This document shows positions 61,301 to 64,000 of a stretch of DNA of 64,000 nucleotides, in pieces. The position numbers and the translations under genes are program-made. The DNA comes from Flaccisagitta enflata. Lineage: Eukaryota. The stretch lies in assembly GCA_965153355.1 (NCBI GenBank), contig OZ231126.1, positions 4,092,001-4,156,000 of the forward strand. Reading direction: 5' to 3'. The number at the start of each line of letters is the position of its first letter. Position 1 is the stretch's first letter. Under the pieces are notes generated by a model. It was given only the letters and a program-made list of their open reading frames with translations, was not told the DNA's origin and did not search any database.

Positions 61301-62290
61301 CAGTTACGTCACGCGTCTTAAAAACTGCCTTTGAAACTTTAAATTTTAAAAACTGTCTTTGAAACTTGAAAACCTCGGCGTTAAATTTTTCATTTGTTTT
61401 TTTTTACCTCGTTCCACGTTTGCGTTTTTAACATTTTGTTTTTAACCGCGACGGTGTTAAACCTCACATATTTTACGCTCTTTGATTATCCAACTGTCTT
61501 TGCGTTTGCGTTTAACTTTTTATTTGTTTTTAACCGCGCAGAGTTAAACCTCACATATTTTTCGTTCTTTCATTATTCAACTGTCTTTGCGTTTGTGATT
61601 AACCCCTTATGTTTTTAAACGCGACGGTGTTGAATCTCACGTATTTTACGCTCTTTCATTATTCAACAATCGCTCTTGCGCAGAGCGTGATTAAACTGAC
61701 CAGTATTATTTTCTCCTCATCTCTTAAGTTTATTTCTGTTTGTTTTTTTGGACGGCCAAATCAACACTTATTCCCTTACTTGTCTCTAGTTGTTGGTTCT
61801 GCGAGCGAAAGTTTTTCATGATAGTGATTTTCAATGTGGAGTCCACATTGTGGAAAGTGGACAGTGCGGCTAAATCAACACTTGTCTCTGTTGTTTCCGT
61901 GTGCGATAGTTTTTCATGGTTGTGATTTCTGATATGGGCTTGTGTGGCCAAATCAACACTTACTTGTCTCTGTTGTTGGTTCCGTGAGCGATAGTTTTTC
62001 GTGGTTGTGATTTCTAATGTGGACTTGTGTAGCCAAATCAACACTTACTTGTCTCTGTTGTTGTTTCTGTGAGCGATAGTTTTTCGTGGTTGTGATTTCT
62101 AATGTGGACTTGTGTAGCCAAATCAACACTTACTTGTCTCTGTTGTTGGTTCGGTGAGCGATAGTTTTTCGTGGTTGTGATTTCTAATGTGGACTGTGAG
62201 GGCGTGATGAGTGGCCAAATGATGGAAGCAAAGCGGGCACTCGAAGATCGGAGTTTGACCGTCCAATGGATCGACCGTAATTGGCTGGAT
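42669..62290 (-). CDS. RREB1: RREB1/hindsight(pebbled)-like C2H2 zinc-finger transcription factor; 5' end not located, 6 fingers visible
   Basis: Minus-strand exons 62290-62134, 49255-49112, 47668-47480, 47081-46963, 46848-46621, 45974-45777, 44826-44651 and 43761-42669 (2304 nt, phase consistent). They encode [64 protein letters not shown] and DFSSNKF...[11 protein letters not shown], which match the RREB1 N-terminal region. Confidence 0.88.
43933..44238. mobile_element. MITE-like element with ~22-bp TIRs that contains Pol III A/B-box-like motifs
   Basis: GGTTGACGATGGGGTATGGCA...TGCCATACCCCATCGTCAACC. On the minus strand: TGGTCTTGTGG (44146-44136) and GGTTCGAATCC (44080-44070). Confidence 0.6.
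45013..45398. mobile_element. hAT-type MITE
   Basis: Perfect 13-bp TIR CAGGCCTGATTTT; 8-bp TSD CTTAAATG at 45005-45012 and 45399-45406. Confidence 0.9.
45501..45748 (+). mobile_element. Second copy of the Harbinger-type MITE family (inside an RREB1-like intron)
   Basis: TAA TSD at 45498-45500 and 45749-45751. TIRs GGGGGCGTTTCTAGT / ACTAGAAACACGCCC. The body (GCCACTCGGTCGCTCGCTACGTTCG...CTCCCTCGTGGGACAGT) is homologous to 16325-16601. Confidence 0.9.
46033..46409. mobile_element. Palindromic Tc1/mariner-type MITE
   Basis: TA|CAGACAAAAGTGAAATACAAGAAG...CTTCTTGTATTTCACTTTCGTCTG|TA; the inverted symmetry extends through most of the element. Confidence 0.85.
48196..48866 (-). mobile_element. 5'-truncated CR1-like LINE (ORF2 C-terminus, 3' UTR and (CTTAC)n tail)
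   Basis: ORF 48338..48775 has [13 protein letters not shown]...RRERGD.IE.FK...FFNVR...WNKIP...FK motifs typical of the CR1-clade ORF2 end. TSD AGGATGGTAAG at 48185-48195 and 48867-48877. Confidence 0.85.
49714..56859 (+). CDS. F-box/LRR-like protein (~820 aa), nested antisense in the RREB1-like intron
   Basis: Exons 49714-50357, 50787-51375, 53276-53402, 54736-55039, 55805-56006 (or 56021) and 56272-56859, phase consistent. F-box [33 protein letters not shown]-like [21 protein letters not shown] and LKELTL. The middle exons are less certain because one GC donor is needed. Confidence 0.72.
51488..53201. mobile_element. 1.7-kb non-autonomous DNA transposon with a 4-bp TSD
   Basis: GATG|GGTAGAATCTTTTTTCAGGCGGTC...GACCGCCTGAAAAAAAATTCTACC|GATG. 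Confidence 0.7.
51759..52192. mobile_element. Palindromic Tc1/mariner-type MITE nested in 51488-53201
   Basis: TA|CAGACTGCATGAAAATACAACGAGAGCAGTC...GACTGCTCTCGTCGTATTTTCATTCAGTCTG|TA. Confidence 0.85.
54160..54666. mobile_element. Mutator-like (MULE) MITE with long TIRs
   Basis: 9-bp TSD CCACTCTAC at 54151-54159 and 54667-54675. The TIR TC(C/G)GGTGTGTCAAAAATAAAAAAGTTTCTTTGATC... extends for about 90 bp. Confidence 0.85.
57256..57600 (+). CDS. FLYWCH-like zinc-finger ORF or exon (a host exon or a MULE transposase remnant)
   Basis: LALRGRLHW...[20 protein letters not shown] resembles the WRC-x-C-x-RV-T FLYWCH core. The terminal His pair is not visible. A possible donor GCG|GTAAG lies at ~57588. 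Confidence 0.35.
   Translation: MRKGKKRPTPCFEGPIPQRDEIDFDKPTSLRNRVLLALRGRLHWHCDEKINSTKASWRCKNNKIKNCPGRVTTIMKKGAPFSVANIVKFTTTPYCSSCVSSQTNVFAQRVAVRL
57989..58304. mobile_element. hAT-type MITE inserted into a family-B element
   Basis: TIRs CAGGGTACGGCAAA / TTTGCCGTACGCTG; 8-bp TSD GCAACAGG at 57981-57988 and 58305-58312. Confidence 0.9.
58704..59422. mobile_element. hAT-type MITE
   Basis: TIRs CTGAGGCGGATCA / TGATCCGCCTCAG; 8-bp TSD CGAGAAAG at 58696-58703 and 59423-59430. Confidence 0.9.
59542..61321 (+). pseudogene. Disrupted C2H2 zinc-finger gene (acidic N-terminus, about 3 fingers)
   Basis: The ORF from ATG 59542 stops at ATGGAATAA (59910), but one extra A would join it to ORF 59934. The last finger [27 protein letters not shown] is split by the insertion at 60416-61273. 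Confidence 0.65.
60416..61273. mobile_element. hAT-like insertion within the last zinc finger, with internal ~150-bp tandem repeats
   Basis: Direct repeat ACCCGTGA at 60408-60415 and 61274-61281; degenerate TIRs TAGACTTAGAC / GTCAATCTCT(A). Confidence 0.75.
61740..62133 (-). repeat. ~82-bp tandem copies of the RREB1-like finger-1 exon end plus donor
   Basis: Four copies of CACATTAGAAATCACAACCACGAAAAACTATCGCTCAC..GAGACAA|GTAAG-like sequence on the minus strand; one copy lacks the donor. Confidence 0.9.
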
Positions 62291-64000
62291 CTGAAACAAG
62301 AAAAAAAGAGTAGGACAACGAGGAATTAAATGGTTATGTCGAGGTGCAAACGAAGAACAAATTTGATGGGTCAAAACAATATGTTCAACAATTTCAATTT
62401 TACCAACTTACATTTTTTTCAATAAGGAATATGATTATTATGCTATATCTATTATAATTTTGCATTGAAAACACTGCAGCATAAAAGGAAGACTGCAGAG
62501 CCTGAAAAAATGGGAGAAAAAAGAAGAAATTCTGAAGAAAATCCGAGTTTGCAATTTGACCTGTCTTGGGGAAAATTCTAAGACTCTTTCTAATAGCAAA
62601 ATTTTGCATTTTCAAAAACATGGCCTTATTCTAAAAACATTTAAGATAAGGGCCATTTTCTTAGAAATGCAAAATTTCATAATTTGTCCAAGTCTTAAAA
62701 TTTTCCCTTTTGAGGTTCTTAATTTTTGCTCTTTTTTTTTTTAGGAATCTATAACTTTCAACAATCATTTCTTGTCTTTATCGCTTAAACAAAGAATTGC
62801 CTTTACCATACTGGCTTTTCTTTTGCTAATGAGATTATGATAAACTACAAAACAAAGAAATTTATTAAAAATATTTCATTTTAGTATTGAATATACTTAT
62901 AAATGGAGACTGAAACCAAAACTTTCCCTTCCTTTGCACCCTGACTTATACTGTTTTTAAAAAAGCCTTTCTTGAGCTTTCTAAGTAGCTTCCGTGAAAA
63001 AAACGGAAATAGATGTCTCGGTCGCATGTATGCTGGCAAAGGCCAAAGGTGTTGATGTGACTGAAGTAATTGTTGATAGCTCGATACTTGCAATAAAACT
63101 GCCCGTTTACGTATTAAAATGGACATTTAGACCGACGGACAAACTATCATCGTATTAGATTCGATTTCACGCGGCTGAGTTTAACACTTAAATCTTTTAC
63201 AAGGAGTTGTTGAGCTTAGTGGGGTTTTCATGTTGTATGTGTTTGTGATGGTGAACAGCTGGTTGGCCAAACAAGAAGCATCTTGCGTTGGAGCCTTTGG
63301 TTCCTGAATGATTGCCAGCCCAAATAACAGCTGTTATTTATTACTTTCTTTTGTGATCCTTGAAGTATCGCATAATGGCCTGTTGGCGTTTTAATTCATA
63401 CTGCTATTGACAGAAAATAGTATTTGTAGATTGCTTTTACACGTTTTCTCTTTAAGGTTAAGTTACTCATAATTAGGAAGTAAAATACTAAACTGAGTTT
63501 TTGTACGAGCTCCGACAGAGGCTGGCTGCTCTTTCTGGGGGTGCAGAGCAGTTTCTGAGCGGAGAATTCTGCTCTTTTGCAACTTCAGTCGCAGCAGACA
63601 GACGAAATATTTTAGGTCGTGCATTGTTTCGTGTCTTTTAGTTGGTGAGTCATTTACAGTTGTCATTTTCAGAAAAAAAAAATTTACAGTTAAGATCAGC
63701 GACTAAAAAATGTTAATCAAACCAATAGAAATTCGATGCAAAAACTTTCAGAGATGCAGTTTATAAGCTGCTAAATTGTGTTTGCCAAATATTGAAGCTG
63801 ATCGATTCATTCATAACTTTGTGACAAAAAAAAAATTAATGCATAACCATTATTTCATGATTAGCAAGTCGCTTCGTGAAAATTCTCGGCTCTAGTTAAA
63901 TGTAAATGACTAAAGAAACCCAGTTTCAACGATTCTCACAAGTGGTTTCAGTAAATTGGATTTAAGAGAATTGGATTTAATCAGAAAGACAGAATAAAAT

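Noticed and set aside
63463-63666. Candidate first coding exon of the RREB1-like gene
   Set aside because: The nearby donor (GA|GTAACT) is phase 2 whereas exon 62290 needs phase 0, and there is no recognisable similarity.

Overview
Eukaryotic (animal, probably arthropod; inferred) nuclear DNA, rich in introns and repeats. No prokaryotic features, CRISPR arrays or rRNA were seen. Spliced genes were reconstructed by hand from GT-AG sites and reading-frame phase. On the + strand: the 3' part of a group I PAK kinase (5 exons, 1485-9977), a complete EHD1/Past1 ATPase (5 exons, 548 aa, 16139-21728), and TMEM41B/Stasimon with a possible long N-terminal extension (23774-40771). On the - strand: an RREB1/hindsight-like zinc-finger gene (62290->42669) that stops after 6 fingers. 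Its 12.9-kb intron hosts, on the opposite strand, an F-box/LRR-like gene, a FLYWCH-like ORF and a disrupted zinc-finger gene. The introns hold many MITEs (Harbinger-, Tc1/mariner-, hAT- and Mutator-type), Helentron-like non-autonomous elements carrying satellite arrays, a 5'-truncated CR1-like LINE and a very young gag-only LTR retroelement. The top finding is a 277-bp Harbinger-type MITE inserted just before the EHD P-loop codons, which forms a precisely removable GT-AG intron (an Introner-like event); a sibling copy without the GT lies at 45501-45748. The second recurring pattern is degenerate tandem duplication of exon boundaries at six sites in three genes.
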